A program made the translations under genes and the position numbers. The notes under the pieces were generated by a model. It did no database searches and had not been told where the DNA came from. It saw only the letters and a list, made by a program, of their open reading frames with translations. Shown piece by piece: positions 32,539 through 41,616 of a stretch of 47,116 nt of DNA. The DNA lies in the IMG/VR virus record IMGVR_UViG_3300036943_000490, positions 1 to 47,116 of that record. One strand, given 5' to 3'. Positions within the stretch are counted from its first letter, which is position 1, and each line of letters begins with the position of its first letter. This stretch comes from a virus.

Positions 32539-34505
32539 TGAAACGCTTCGTTTATTTATTGAACATAGTTTTTATTTTTATTTCTCTCAATGTTTTTGCA
32601 GCTGATTATGATGGAGATAAGCAGATTGGATCATTAGATGCTCATGGAGGTTCGCTAGCAACAACTTCGAAAGCGCTAGTTCAAGATCCTGTTGATACTG
32701 ATATTATAACTACAATGACTCTTCAGGAAATAGTAACTACAGTTCTTGGTGCTGATTATGATACTGGAACTGAGCTTACGAATCTTTTTAATTCTAAAAT
32801 TGGCGCTGCTGATGTTCCGACAAATGAGACTGATCCAATTACAGGTACGATAACTGGCATAGTTAAAGCAAATGGCGCTGGAACAATTTCGGCAGCTGTT
32901 GCGGGGACTGATTATTTAACGCCGACTGGGGATGGTGCCGGATTATCAGGAGTCGTTACTTCTGAGAGTGATCCGAATGCTCTTTTAACTGTTGACACTG
33001 ATAATGTAAAAGATACTCATATTGATTGGGGTTCCGGCGCAGGACAAGTTAATGCTGATGACATTGCGGACGGGTCTACCAATGCCATTCCCACATTAAC
33101 CCAAGAGACCAATTGGGATACAATGGTCGGTTCTGGCGCACAGGCTGTAGGCTCTGGAGATGCTCCAACATTTGCGGCCACGAACATCAGTGAGCCGTCA
33201 AATAGTAAAGGTGTCTTGCCAACCACATCGGGGATTACTGATGGATACGTCCCAAAAAAACAGACCGATGGATCAGTGGCATGGGCAGTGGATTCGACTG
33301 GTGCTGGTGGAGATCAACTTGTTGACTTAGTAGCTACATCTCCATTGTTGGTAAACGAAACAACTAATGTCAACGATGCCCTCCCAGGATCAGATGCGGA
33401 TATCACTTTTTCAATGCCTGCGGCGACGAACAGTGCTGGTGGTTATATGACCGCCGCGCATGTTACTGCCCTTGAAGCCATCGACACTGAAGCGGAGCTT
33501 GAAGCGTTGCTTGAGGTAGCTGATCTTCAAGGGGATTTGGCCGCAACGAGAGTGACTTTTTCTCCGACAGGCACAATATCATCCACTACGGCACAGGCGG
33601 CGATTGCTGAGGTTGCTACGGAGGCGGCACAGACATCCGGTTTTACGATGGGTGCTGCGGGAATACCTTTCATCGTAAATTCTCAAAATATTACGATGGA
33701 AGGCTCTCCGACAGCGGCCAGGGTTCTTAATGTCGGCGATTTTGATATGGAGATTCCGGCGGCTACGGCGGTCAATGCAAGCGGGTTGATTCTTGCTGCC
33801 GGCATCGCTGATGGTGATCATGGAGCGTTCACTTATTCGAGCGGTATCGCTTCTTTGGATGCGAACACGGTTGACTCAGATCAGTATGTCGATGGTTCTA
33901 TTGATCCAGAACACGTCGCTTCGGGTGCATGGGACTTTGGAACATCAGCAGAGGCTGATACGATTACCGAGGGGGGAGTTGGAGTTCCTAACGTCGATGA
34001 GCTTGATGCTTCATCTGAACTAGCTGCCCTCATAGATGATGAGACCGGATCAGGATCTATTGTATTCTCTACGTCTCCGACGTTGGTTACTCCTATTCTC
34101 GGCATTCCCACCAGTGGGACGTTGACGAATTGTACCGGCCTACCTCCTGCTGCCGGTATCACCATAGCCCTGCCATCCTATTCGGCCGCCCAAACCCTTA
34201 CCTGGACGACAAACGGCAGACGAACGAATCTTTTTACTAATTCGACAACGGTAGAATTCACGGTTTGGGATTGCGAAACCGCAAATATCGGGCAGTCGTT
34301 CTCCGTGTGGGCGTCCGACGCCTCTCTTGAGGGCGTACCAGCCAGCGGAGATCATTTCGTTTTGTTCGATGGGACGGCATTGACTGCCAACTATGAGATT
34401 GACGTTCCTGCCGATGCGCGAGTAAAATTCGTTTGCACGGCAGATGATACATGGTCGGTGCATTCCGAAACAGATACAACCACAGATGGAGGGACGGCAG
34501 ACTGA
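32538..34505 (+). CDS. Signal-peptide fibre-like protein (655 aa), AT-rich N-terminus and GC-rich distal part
   Basis: MKRFVYLLNIVFIFISLNVFA/AD. Motifs DPVDTDIITTMTLQEIV and GTDYLTPTGDGAGLSGV. Composition switches near 32.85 kb. Confidence 0.6.
   Translation: MKRFVYLLNIVFIFISLNVFAADYDGDKQIGSLDAHGGSLATTSKALVQDPVDTDIITTMTLQEIVTTVLGADYDTGTELTNLFNSKIGAADVPTNETDPITGTITGIVKANGAGTISAAVAGTDYLTPTGDGAGLSGVVTSESDPNALLTVDTDNVKDTHIDWGSGAGQVNADDIADGSTNAIPTLTQETNWDTMVGSGAQAVGSGDAPTFAATNISEPSNSKGVLPTTSGITDGYVPKKQTDGSVAWAVDSTGAGGDQLVDLVATSPLLVNETTNVNDALPGSDADITFSMPAATNSAGGYMTAAHVTALEAIDTEAELEALLEVADLQGDLAATRVTFSPTGTISSTTAQAAIAEVATEAAQTSGFTMGAAGIPFIVNSQNITMEGSPTAARVLNVGDFDMEIPAATAVNASGLILAAGIADGDHGAFTYSSGIASLDANTVDSDQYVDGSIDPEHVASGAWDFGTSAEADTITEGGVGVPNVDELDASSELAALIDDETGSGSIVFSTSPTLVTPILGIPTSGTLTNCTGLPPAAGITIALPSYSAAQTLTWTTNGRRTNLFTNSTTVEFTVWDCETANIGQSFSVWASDASLEGVPASGDHFVLFDGTALTANYEIDVPADARVKFVCTADDTWSVHSETDTTTDGGTAD
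32546..32568 (+). promoter_or_regulatory. IPM-like sequence inside a coding region
   Basis: CTTCGTTTATTTATTGAACATAG encodes part of the signal peptide (RFVYLLNIV) of the 655-aa ORF. Confidence 0.4.
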
Positions 34506-34750
34506 TGAAAAAAGCAATTATGATTTTAGCGTTTTTGGGTCTGCCGTTTGTTGCAATTGCCGGTGAAATAAGTTTCGATGACCTCATCAAAACCGAGGCC
34601 CGACTCGAAATCCTGCAACGCCAATATGAGCAAAAATACAACGAGATCACAATTAATCTGGCCGTAGTAAAAGCTAAGATCGCCAAAGCAAAAATGGAGA
34701 AAAAGGACGATGAAAAGCCTGTTGAAAATCCTGCTAATACTGGCCGTTAG
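34505..34750 (+). CDS. Signal-peptide coiled-coil protein (81 aa)
   Basis: Start set to ATG 34505 (TGATG overlap with the upstream stop): MKKAIMILAFLGLPFVAIA/GE. Confidence 0.55.
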   Translation: MKKAIMILAFLGLPFVAIAGEISFDDLIKTEARLEILQRQYEQKYNEITINLAVVKAKIAKAKMEKKDDEKPVENPANTGR

Positions 34751-35366
34751 CCTTTGCCTGTGCGGTCCTGCATGGCCGTTTGACGATGATGAGATTTTGC
34801 AGCCGGTTGCGAGTGGTAGTCCGTCCTACTTACTCAACGAGTCATTTACCGGCACGGGAACGCCAACCGGTTGGTCAACATCAGGTACGGTTACGTTTAA
34901 TGATAATGCTACCCTGAGTAGTGATTATGCAATGTTAATATCACCATCTTTTACGGAGCAGTCAACTGCATATATAAAATTTGAATACACATCATCTGCG
35001 GTAGCATACGACTCGATCGCAATATTCTTTTATCTCCGTAACTCAACGACAACAATTGCAGAGATTAGAATCCAAAGCAACTGGCTTCCTATTATATATC
35101 ACGGAACTACTACCCAATATGGTAGTACGGGAGACGAATTTACAGCCGCAACAACACACTATGTGTGGATAGATTACGTTGCGTCATCTGGGTCAGATGA
35201 CGGTACATTTGATCTGTACATTAATACTTCTGATTCTAAACCAGGGGTTGCAACACTGAGTTTAACTGGCGGAACATCAACCGATGGTGTTGATAACATT
35301 CGGTTTTCTCGTCGTTTCCAAGATAATATTTTTGATAACGCTAAGGTAAGTGGCGATGAATTTTAA
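34710..35366 (+). CDS. Signal-peptide protein (218 aa), beta-rich
   Basis: MKSLLKILLILAVSLCLCGPAWP. The mature part is Ser/Thr/Gly-rich, suggesting a jelly-roll or lectin-like fold (inference only). Confidence 0.55.
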   Translation: MKSLLKILLILAVSLCLCGPAWPFDDDEILQPVASGSPSYLLNESFTGTGTPTGWSTSGTVTFNDNATLSSDYAMLISPSFTEQSTAYIKFEYTSSAVAYDSIAIFFYLRNSTTTIAEIRIQSNWLPIIYHGTTTQYGSTGDEFTAATTHYVWIDYVASSGSDDGTFDLYINTSDSKPGVATLSLTGGTSTDGVDNIRFSRRFQDNIFDNAKVSGDEF

Positions 35367-36699
35367 AACGTTTGTTTTGGTGTCGTTTCTTGCATCAATT
35401 GCGGCGACATCGTGGTGTAAAGATCTTTATGTTGCTACAAATGGTAGCGACTCAACCACTTATGCTGCAAACGATATCGACCACCCGTGGTTAACGATTG
35501 AGTATGCATGGGGATCAGCTCAATCTGGAGATATAGTTTTCTATCGAGCAGGTACCTATTCTATCACTACATCCTATGATAGTTTGGGAAATGCAGATAA
35601 CGTCACTCACCAGCCCTATAATGGTGAAACTGTGATTTGGGATACTAATCAGACGTTAGAGGCAATCCGAGTTGGAAACGAATATATTACCATTGATGGA
35701 TTTATTATAGATGGTAGTTCCTTAACAGGCAGCGAGGCTGGTTTTTTTCGGGTTGGGTATGATAATCCAGCGACACATTTTACATTAAAAAATTGTACTG
35801 CTACCATTGGATTCTGCTCGGATAATTGTGGAGTTGTTCATGCAAGGAGCACGTATGCCAATTATCTGAAAGTAGAAAATAATACTCTAACAGGAAGCGG
35901 TTTTGGAGGGGGTGGGATTAGCAATTCATCCGTGGTTTGGCTTGACGCACTTCTTTATGCTGAAATTATAAATAATACAATTAGTTATGCTCCTGTTGGT
36001 ATTTATTATAAGCACAGCAATGAGAGATTGGTTGATGCTGGACCATTGATACAAAATAATTACGTTTACAATTGCAGTAGGAATGGGATGTTGCTGCATT
36101 GCAATTATGGAAGGATAATAAACAATCTCTTGGTTGACGCCAGTATATCATCTGGTCAGAATGGTGGTGAATCCGATCCTGGAGGAGCTGGATCTGATTA
36201 CAACGAATATTCACACAACACTTTATACAATACGCACTGGAGCTCAGTGTGTGCTGATGGTAGCGATCCAGGATCTACACATAATATTGTCTCTAATAAT
36301 ATTTTTTATGGTTACCCATTTCGTCCAGAGTTTGAAAATTCGTGTTCTGAGGATATGTTTTTATCAGGAGACTATAATCTTTTTCCATCTGGAACAGCAG
36401 TCATATATCGATCAACGAACTATACACTGTCAGCTTGGCAATCTGTTTATTCTACTGACATTAATTCGATTTCAGATGAGCCGTTATTTGTTGGAGCCGG
36501 ATCACCAGCATCAATTTCCGACTATGCTCTCACTACTGAATCTCCAGGATATCAAGATTGCGCCGATGGTACGGATATGGGGGCTGACGTTTCGTTGGTT
36601 GGAGTCAACGCATCTAGCGGTGGAATCAGAAAAACATATGATGCTGGATCATCAGCAATGACATTCGGTGGCAGCACGCCGACGACATTTGCAGAATAG
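35356..36699 (+). CDS. Signal-peptide right-handed parallel beta-helix protein (pectate-lyase-like; candidate glycan depolymerase)
   Basis: MNFKTFVLVSFLASIAATSWC. Periodic rungs: ENNTLTG, INNTISY, QNNYVYN, INNLLVD, SHNTLYN, SNNIFYG. ATG 35356 preferred over GTG 35350. Confidence 0.6.
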   Translation: MNFKTFVLVSFLASIAATSWCKDLYVATNGSDSTTYAANDIDHPWLTIEYAWGSAQSGDIVFYRAGTYSITTSYDSLGNADNVTHQPYNGETVIWDTNQTLEAIRVGNEYITIDGFIIDGSSLTGSEAGFFRVGYDNPATHFTLKNCTATIGFCSDNCGVVHARSTYANYLKVENNTLTGSGFGGGGISNSSVVWLDALLYAEIINNTISYAPVGIYYKHSNERLVDAGPLIQNNYVYNCSRNGMLLHCNYGRIINNLLVDASISSGQNGGESDPGGAGSDYNEYSHNTLYNTHWSSVCADGSDPGSTHNIVSNNIFYGYPFRPEFENSCSEDMFLSGDYNLFPSGTAVIYRSTNYTLSAWQSVYSTDINSISDEPLFVGAGSPASISDYALTTESPGYQDCADGTDMGADVSLVGVNASSGGIRKTYDAGSSAMTFGGSTPTTFAE

Positions 36700-36870
36700 G
36701 TATTTGGCGATAGTGAGTACCAACCTTAAAATTTAGTCCAAGGTTTAATCAACTGGAGGGCAAACCCAAAGGGGACCGATGCAGTGGCTGCATATATTAT
36801 ATTGATATAACTTATCTTAATATATAGTAATGAATACTCTTCAATTATGAAATAAATTTGGAGAAACTAA

Positions 36871-37119
36871 ATGACGGAAGTGACAGTAAGTTATTCAGAA
36901 GAAGAGTTTCAGAAACAAAAATCAATTGATGATAAACTTCTTATGTTATTTAGATTAATGGCAGCTCAACAAGCAACGTGCTGTAAAACTCAAAATAATT
37001 TTAATCAACAAATAAAAATATTAGAGTCTCGTAAATGGCTTGATAGAGTTATTGTAGCAATAGCTTCATCTGTAGCCACTATTGGAGCATTGCTTGGAAT
37101 AGGAGGAAATAATGGATAA
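36871..37119 (+). CDS. Small protein with C-terminal transmembrane segment (82 aa)
   Basis: C-terminus VIVAIASSVATIGALLGIGG; GGAG SD upstream. Confidence 0.5.
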   Translation: MTEVTVSYSEEEFQKQKSIDDKLLMLFRLMAAQQATCCKTQNNFNQQIKILESRKWLDRVIVAIASSVATIGALLGIGGNNG

Positions 37120-37258
37120 AGATATTTCTAGGAATTTATTGGATGATCATAATATTATCTTATATGGTTTATTTATGCTTGGTATAATAACACCAGATAT
37201 GCGAGGAGAGATAATTTCAGCTATTATAGCCTTTTGGACAAGGAATAAAATTAAATAA
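37112..37258 (+). CDS. Small membrane ORF (48 aa), below the ORF-track cutoff
   Basis: Hand translation: MDKDISRNLLDDHNIILYGLFMLGIITPDMRGEIISAIIAFWTRNKIK. AGGAGG lies 5 nt upstream, and it overlaps the upstream stop. Confidence 0.5.
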   Translation: MDKDISRNLLDDHNIILYGLFMLGIITPDMRGEIISAIIAFWTRNKIK

Positions 37259-37283
37259 CTATGTTTGATTATTAAACAAAGGA
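37259..37283 (+). promoter_or_regulatory. IPM copy
   Basis: CTATGTTTGATTATTAAACAAAGGA, 7 nt before ATG 37291. Confidence 0.6.
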
Positions 37284-37290
37284 AAGAAAA

Positions 37291-37524
37291 ATGAAAAAAT
37301 TATTAATATTCTTACCATTTATAATGATTGGTTGTACATCTATATCAGCAGAGTATAATGGAATGGAAGTTAATTATAACAGATTTGGTTCTAGGAATAT
37401 CAAACAAATAGAGTTTGAAGCTGCAGAAAACACACTTAAGGCGAAAGTAAAAGGTGTAGAAGATTCTGAGGGTGTGTCTCAAAATTTATCTAATATTGTT
37501 AAAATTCTTGAAGCCGCTCAATAA
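37291..37524 (+). CDS. Small putative lipoprotein (77 aa)
   Basis: MKKLLIFLPFIMIGC/TS lipobox-like. Confidence 0.5.
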   Translation: MKKLLIFLPFIMIGCTSISAEYNGMEVNYNRFGSRNIKQIEFEAAENTLKAKVKGVEDSEGVSQNLSNIVKILEAAQ

Positions 37525-37549
37525 CTACGTTCAAATATTGAATTAAGGT
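37525..37549 (+). promoter_or_regulatory. IPM copy
   Basis: CTACGTTCAAATATTGAATTAAGGT, 9 nt before ATG 37559. Confidence 0.55.
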
Positions 37550-37558
37550 AAAATCAAA

Positions 37559-39493
37559 ATGCCTCATATAGCATATGGAGATATAAGTAGTAAGAATGTA
37601 GCAAATTTTTCGTCTTATAATTTTGACTACGCTTATCCAAAAGGTTTGAATCTTAAACCAGGAACAAAGCTTCATGATGATCTTGTAGATAAGATTATAA
37701 AACGAGCTACTGATTCTGCCACTAATATGTCTAATAGATTTGAATCGTGGCAAAAGATTGATCAAACTCTTACTACTTATATAGACCTTTCAGATGATGA
37801 AAAGAAACTTAATGTTAAAGATGCATCAAAGCCAGTTTCAATCGTTTTTCCTCATACTTATGCTATTTTAGAGACTATTCTTGGTTATTTGATTTCAGCA
37901 TTTTTTCAAGAACCTATCTTTCGTTACGAAGGTGTTGGACCTGACGATACGATAGGAGCGATTATGATGGAGAAGATTATTGATCTTCAGGTTAATCGCG
38001 CAAGAATGATTCTTGGTTTGCATACACAGTGGAGAGATTGCCTCGCTTATGGTTTTGGAGTTCTTGCACCTTCTTGGCATATTGAGAAAGGTTATAAGAC
38101 TGTTAAGAAAACTAAGTCTCGATGGTTTGGTCCTGATGAAAATTATAAAGCATTTGAAGAAGCAGTTCTTTTTGAAGGAAATCAGGTTTCAAATATTGAT
38201 CCTTATCTTTGTCTTCCTGATCCAGATCGACCGATAACCGAAGTTAATAAAAGTGAATACTTTGGATGGATTGAGAACACTAATTATTATGATCTTCTTT
38301 CTCTTGAAAGAGATGATGATTCTTACTTTAATGTTAAGTATCTGCAGGCATTAGCTAATAAACGAACTTCAATTTATACTGCAGATAATTCTGGTAGAAA
38401 TGCTAAGATCGACACACTTAAAATTAATGATAATACTTACACTAAACCGACAGATATTATTCATAAGTATGTAAAAATTATTCCTAAAGAATGGAAGATA
38501 GGAGATGAAAATTATCCTAAAATCTATCTATTCTCTATCGCAAGTGATAAAGTTCTTATTCGGATGCAGCCTCTTGGGCTTACTCATGGTCAGATTCCTA
38601 TTTGCATTGCCGCTCCTGATTATGATGGTTATTCTATTAATCCTATATCACGCCTTGAAATTCTTTATGGAATGCAACATACGTTAGATTGGATGTTTAA
38701 TACTCATGTTGCGAATGTTAGAAAGGCTATTAACGATACTATTATTTATGATCCTTATCTTCTTAACTCTAATGATCTTAAAGATCCAAAACCCGGTGGA
38801 CTTGTTAGACTAAGAAAAGCTGCTTGGGGAAGAGGCGTTAAAGATACATTTGCACAGCTTGGAATTACAGATGTAACCAGAGGACATATTGCTGATGCTG
38901 AATTAATAAAGCATGCAATGGAAAAAGTTGGTGGTGTTGATGCTTCATCAATGGGCAGTCTAAGACAAGGAGGTCCAGAGCGTTTAACAGGTGCAGAATT
39001 TAGGGGAACCCAAGCTGGGACGTTCACTCGCTTAGAGCGCATAGCTAGAATTATTGGTGTTCAATCTATGCAACCTCTCGGATATATGCTAGCTCATCAT
39101 ACACAGCAGTTTATGTCTGAAGAAGTTTATATGAATATGTCAGGAAGATGGCAAGAGACTCTTATGAAAGAGTATCAGGCTACAGATCCTAATAATAAAA
39201 TTAAAGTTTCACCTTTTGATATTCTTGTTGACTATGATCTTAAGGTTAGGGATGGATCAGTTCCTGGTGGTAATTATTCAGCTGTCTGGGTTAAGATGTT
39301 TGAGGTTTTAGCAAATCATCAAGAATTACTTCAGACCTTTGATATAGCAAAGATTTTTACTCATATAGCTAGAAATGAAGGAGCTAAGAATGTTGAAAGT
39401 TTCCTTCGAATTCGACAACAGCCTACTGAACAAGTTCAACAACAAGTTCAGGATGGAAACCTTATTCCAACATCGGAGCTTATGGCAGCATGA
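37559..39493 (+). CDS. Portal protein
   Basis: 644 aa, upstream of scaffold and capsid. The N-terminal region (RFESWQKIDQ...PVSIVFPHTYAILETILGYL) resembles podovirus head-tail connector proteins, from memory. Confidence 0.7.
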   Translation: MPHIAYGDISSKNVANFSSYNFDYAYPKGLNLKPGTKLHDDLVDKIIKRATDSATNMSNRFESWQKIDQTLTTYIDLSDDEKKLNVKDASKPVSIVFPHTYAILETILGYLISAFFQEPIFRYEGVGPDDTIGAIMMEKIIDLQVNRARMILGLHTQWRDCLAYGFGVLAPSWHIEKGYKTVKKTKSRWFGPDENYKAFEEAVLFEGNQVSNIDPYLCLPDPDRPITEVNKSEYFGWIENTNYYDLLSLERDDDSYFNVKYLQALANKRTSIYTADNSGRNAKIDTLKINDNTYTKPTDIIHKYVKIIPKEWKIGDENYPKIYLFSIASDKVLIRMQPLGLTHGQIPICIAAPDYDGYSINPISRLEILYGMQHTLDWMFNTHVANVRKAINDTIIYDPYLLNSNDLKDPKPGGLVRLRKAAWGRGVKDTFAQLGITDVTRGHIADAELIKHAMEKVGGVDASSMGSLRQGGPERLTGAEFRGTQAGTFTRLERIARIIGVQSMQPLGYMLAHHTQQFMSEEVYMNMSGRWQETLMKEYQATDPNNKIKVSPFDILVDYDLKVRDGSVPGGNYSAVWVKMFEVLANHQELLQTFDIAKIFTHIARNEGAKNVESFLRIRQQPTEQVQQQVQDGNLIPTSELMAA

Positions 39494-39762
39494 AATATTC
39501 ATCTATAATATCAATCGAAGAAATAGAATTAGCAGAAGGTTCTAAATTTTGGAATGCTGTTAAGCAAATGGCTCAGGAATGGATAGATAGTATTCATTTT
39601 GAGATGGATGATGTTGACGGAGGAAATGATCTTGGGACTTATAAAAAATTAACTGGTAATATTCAGACAGCTAGAAGAATTGCACTGATTCCTGAGATGA
39701 TTAAGGATCAGATTAAATATGAATACGAACAAGAAAGAGAGGATAAACATGACGATGACTGA
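39490..39762 (+). CDS. Hypothetical acidic protein (90 aa)
   Basis: ORF track; ATGA overlap with the portal stop. Confidence 0.55.
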   Translation: MKYSSIISIEEIELAEGSKFWNAVKQMAQEWIDSIHFEMDDVDGGNDLGTYKKLTGNIQTARRIALIPEMIKDQIKYEYEQEREDKHDDD

Positions 39763-40702
39763 AGAAGAATTGAAAGATTTAGAGAATGAAGTTAATGAAT
39801 TAGATGATTTTGTAGAGAATGAGTCTGACAAATCTGATGATACAGAGTCTGTTGAATCAGTGGAATCTAATACTTCTGAATCTTCTGAGACTGTTGTTAC
39901 TGAATCTAGCGAACAATCTGAATCACCCACAGAAGTAGAAACTGAACATACTGAGACAATTGTTGAATCTGTTAATGATTCTGATGCTACTTCTGAAATT
40001 CCTCATAAACCTGAAATAGAGGTAGAAGATGACACTGTTTCAACTCTTAGAACTCAAATTGATAATTTAACAAGTCAGCTTTTAGCTCTTAAAAGTCAAC
40101 CAACAGTACAAACGACTAAGACTTCTAAAGCGTCAGAAACAAATGATAAAGAACAGTCTTCAGAATCTTCTACCACTTCTCAACAAGCTCAGTCACAAGA
40201 ATCTTATGAAGCTATAGATTTCATCGGTGATTTGAATATGGACGATGTGACAGCTGATAAGAAGATCTTTAATCAGGTTATTAATAATGCAGTTATGAAA
40301 GCTATTGAGAATGCTGAGAAGTTTATCAAGCCAAATGTTCTTAATGAAACACTTCTTTCTATACCTAATGTTATATCAAGTCAAATTAAAGAACAAGCTT
40401 ATATAAATTCAGCTGTTGATAAATTTTATGAAGAGAATTCTGATTTAACTAATGTCAAGAATACAGTTGGATTAGTAGCTCAAAATATTGCCACAGAACA
40501 TCCTGATTATGATATAACAACACTTTTTAATGAGGCAGCAAAAGCTACTCGTGTAATGCTTAAGCTTCCAGAAGCCAGCAAAATTATAGAAAACAATGAG
40601 AAAGTATCTGAATTTCAAAAACCTGCTTTTGCTGCTAATACCAGCAAGCGATCGACATCCGTAAAAGTATCAGATCTTCAACGAGAATTAGACGAACTTT
40701 AA
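39749..40702 (+). CDS. Putative scaffolding protein (acidic, Ser/Glu/Thr-rich)
   Basis: Lies between portal and capsid. Low-complexity acidic N-terminal half and helical C-terminal half. Start set to ATG 39749 (GAGAGG upstream) rather than 39719. Confidence 0.5.
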   Translation: MTMTEEELKDLENEVNELDDFVENESDKSDDTESVESVESNTSESSETVVTESSEQSESPTEVETEHTETIVESVNDSDATSEIPHKPEIEVEDDTVSTLRTQIDNLTSQLLALKSQPTVQTTKTSKASETNDKEQSSESSTTSQQAQSQESYEAIDFIGDLNMDDVTADKKIFNQVINNAVMKAIENAEKFIKPNVLNETLLSIPNVISSQIKEQAYINSAVDKFYEENSDLTNVKNTVGLVAQNIATEHPDYDITTLFNEAAKATRVMLKLPEASKIIENNEKVSEFQKPAFAANTSKRSTSVKVSDLQRELDEL

Positions 40703-40714
40703 AGGAGTATAAAA

Positions 40715-41080
40715 ATGGTAGATATCCAAAGACGTGTAGACGGTGAAAGTTTTATTGATAGAAATAATAACGTGAAGTTTATTCATTTTGATGCTGATAT
40801 GACTTCGTATCAACTTAAACCTCATGAAACTATTGTTCATGCAACATCTGAGAATGCTGACGCATCTGCTATTCTTACGTTACCTAGTAAGGCAGAAATG
40901 GCTGGAAAGATGGTTTACATTTGTGCTACGACTGGTGCGACAGGTGGTGATATTAGTGTATATGATAAAGAAGCAGGTTCTGAAATTACTACTTATGGAG
41001 ATATGGATGCAGATGATGATCATGTACTATTTTTCTGTGATGGAGTAAATTGGCGTGTTGTTCTTGATGGTGTTGCATAA
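40715..41080 (+). CDS. Hypothetical head-module protein (121 aa)
   Basis: ORF track; AAAGGAG SD upstream. Confidence 0.6.
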   Translation: MVDIQRRVDGESFIDRNNNVKFIHFDADMTSYQLKPHETIVHATSENADASAILTLPSKAEMAGKMVYICATTGATGGDISVYDKEAGSEITTYGDMDADDDHVLFFCDGVNWRVVLDGVA

Positions 41081-41104
41081 CTTTGTTCAATAATTAAACG
41101 GAGG
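41081..41104 (+). promoter_or_regulatory. IPM copy
   Basis: CTTTGTTCAATAATTAAACGGAGG, 7 nt before ATG 41112. Confidence 0.6.
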
Positions 41105-41111
41105 TATAATA

Positions 41112-41588
41112 ATGCAAGGTAATATTGGTAGACACACTTTGCAAAATCTTTTCAATGTAGGAGCTGAAACAGGTGAGACAGATATCGATATCAGTGCAGC
41201 TGTTTATACTGCTTTTGTCGATCTTCTCACTGTTGAAGCACCTGTTGGAGGTTTGCAAGATTGTCGAATTGATATTGATGTGAATAAGACAACAACTGGT
41301 TGGGATACTGTTGCTACTGCTGCAGATACAATTGATGCTTGTCTTGTTCTTATGGTTGATGATACTAATTATAGACTTTTGCAGAATGGTACTCAGATAA
41401 CTGCTAATGGTGATGGATCTCTTGAAATGAGTGAGAATGGTTTTAGTTTTAAGACCGGGCCTCTTGCGAGTGGGGAAACTGTTAAAGTTAAAGTTAAATT
41501 GAGTGCTGAACGTGGTGATTGTGTGCTTCCTTATAAAGTTACTTATGTTGGTAAAGCTCCTACAATTACTGCAGTTGCTGCTGGATAA
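41112..41588 (+). CDS. Hypothetical head-module protein (158 aa)
   Basis: ORF track. Confidence 0.6.
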   Translation: MQGNIGRHTLQNLFNVGAETGETDIDISAAVYTAFVDLLTVEAPVGGLQDCRIDIDVNKTTTGWDTVATAADTIDACLVLMVDDTNYRLLQNGTQITANGDGSLEMSENGFSFKTGPLASGETVKVKVKLSAERGDCVLPYKVTYVGKAPTITAVAAG

Positions 41589-41616
41589 CGATTATAATCT
41601 TTAAAGGAGATATAAA

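Noticed and set aside
33017-34686. Several minus-strand ORFs (69-142 aa) and the plus-strand 33793..34023 ORF inside the GC-rich fibre patch
   Set aside because: Long spurious ORFs are expected in higher-GC sequence. They are Arg/Cys/Pro-rich, lack SD sites, and lie antisense or out of frame to a continuous 655-aa gene.
36134-36661. 175-aa alternate-frame ORF inside the beta-helix gene
   Set aside because: It is on the same strand but out of frame within a gene that shows periodic beta-helix rungs. It has no SD.
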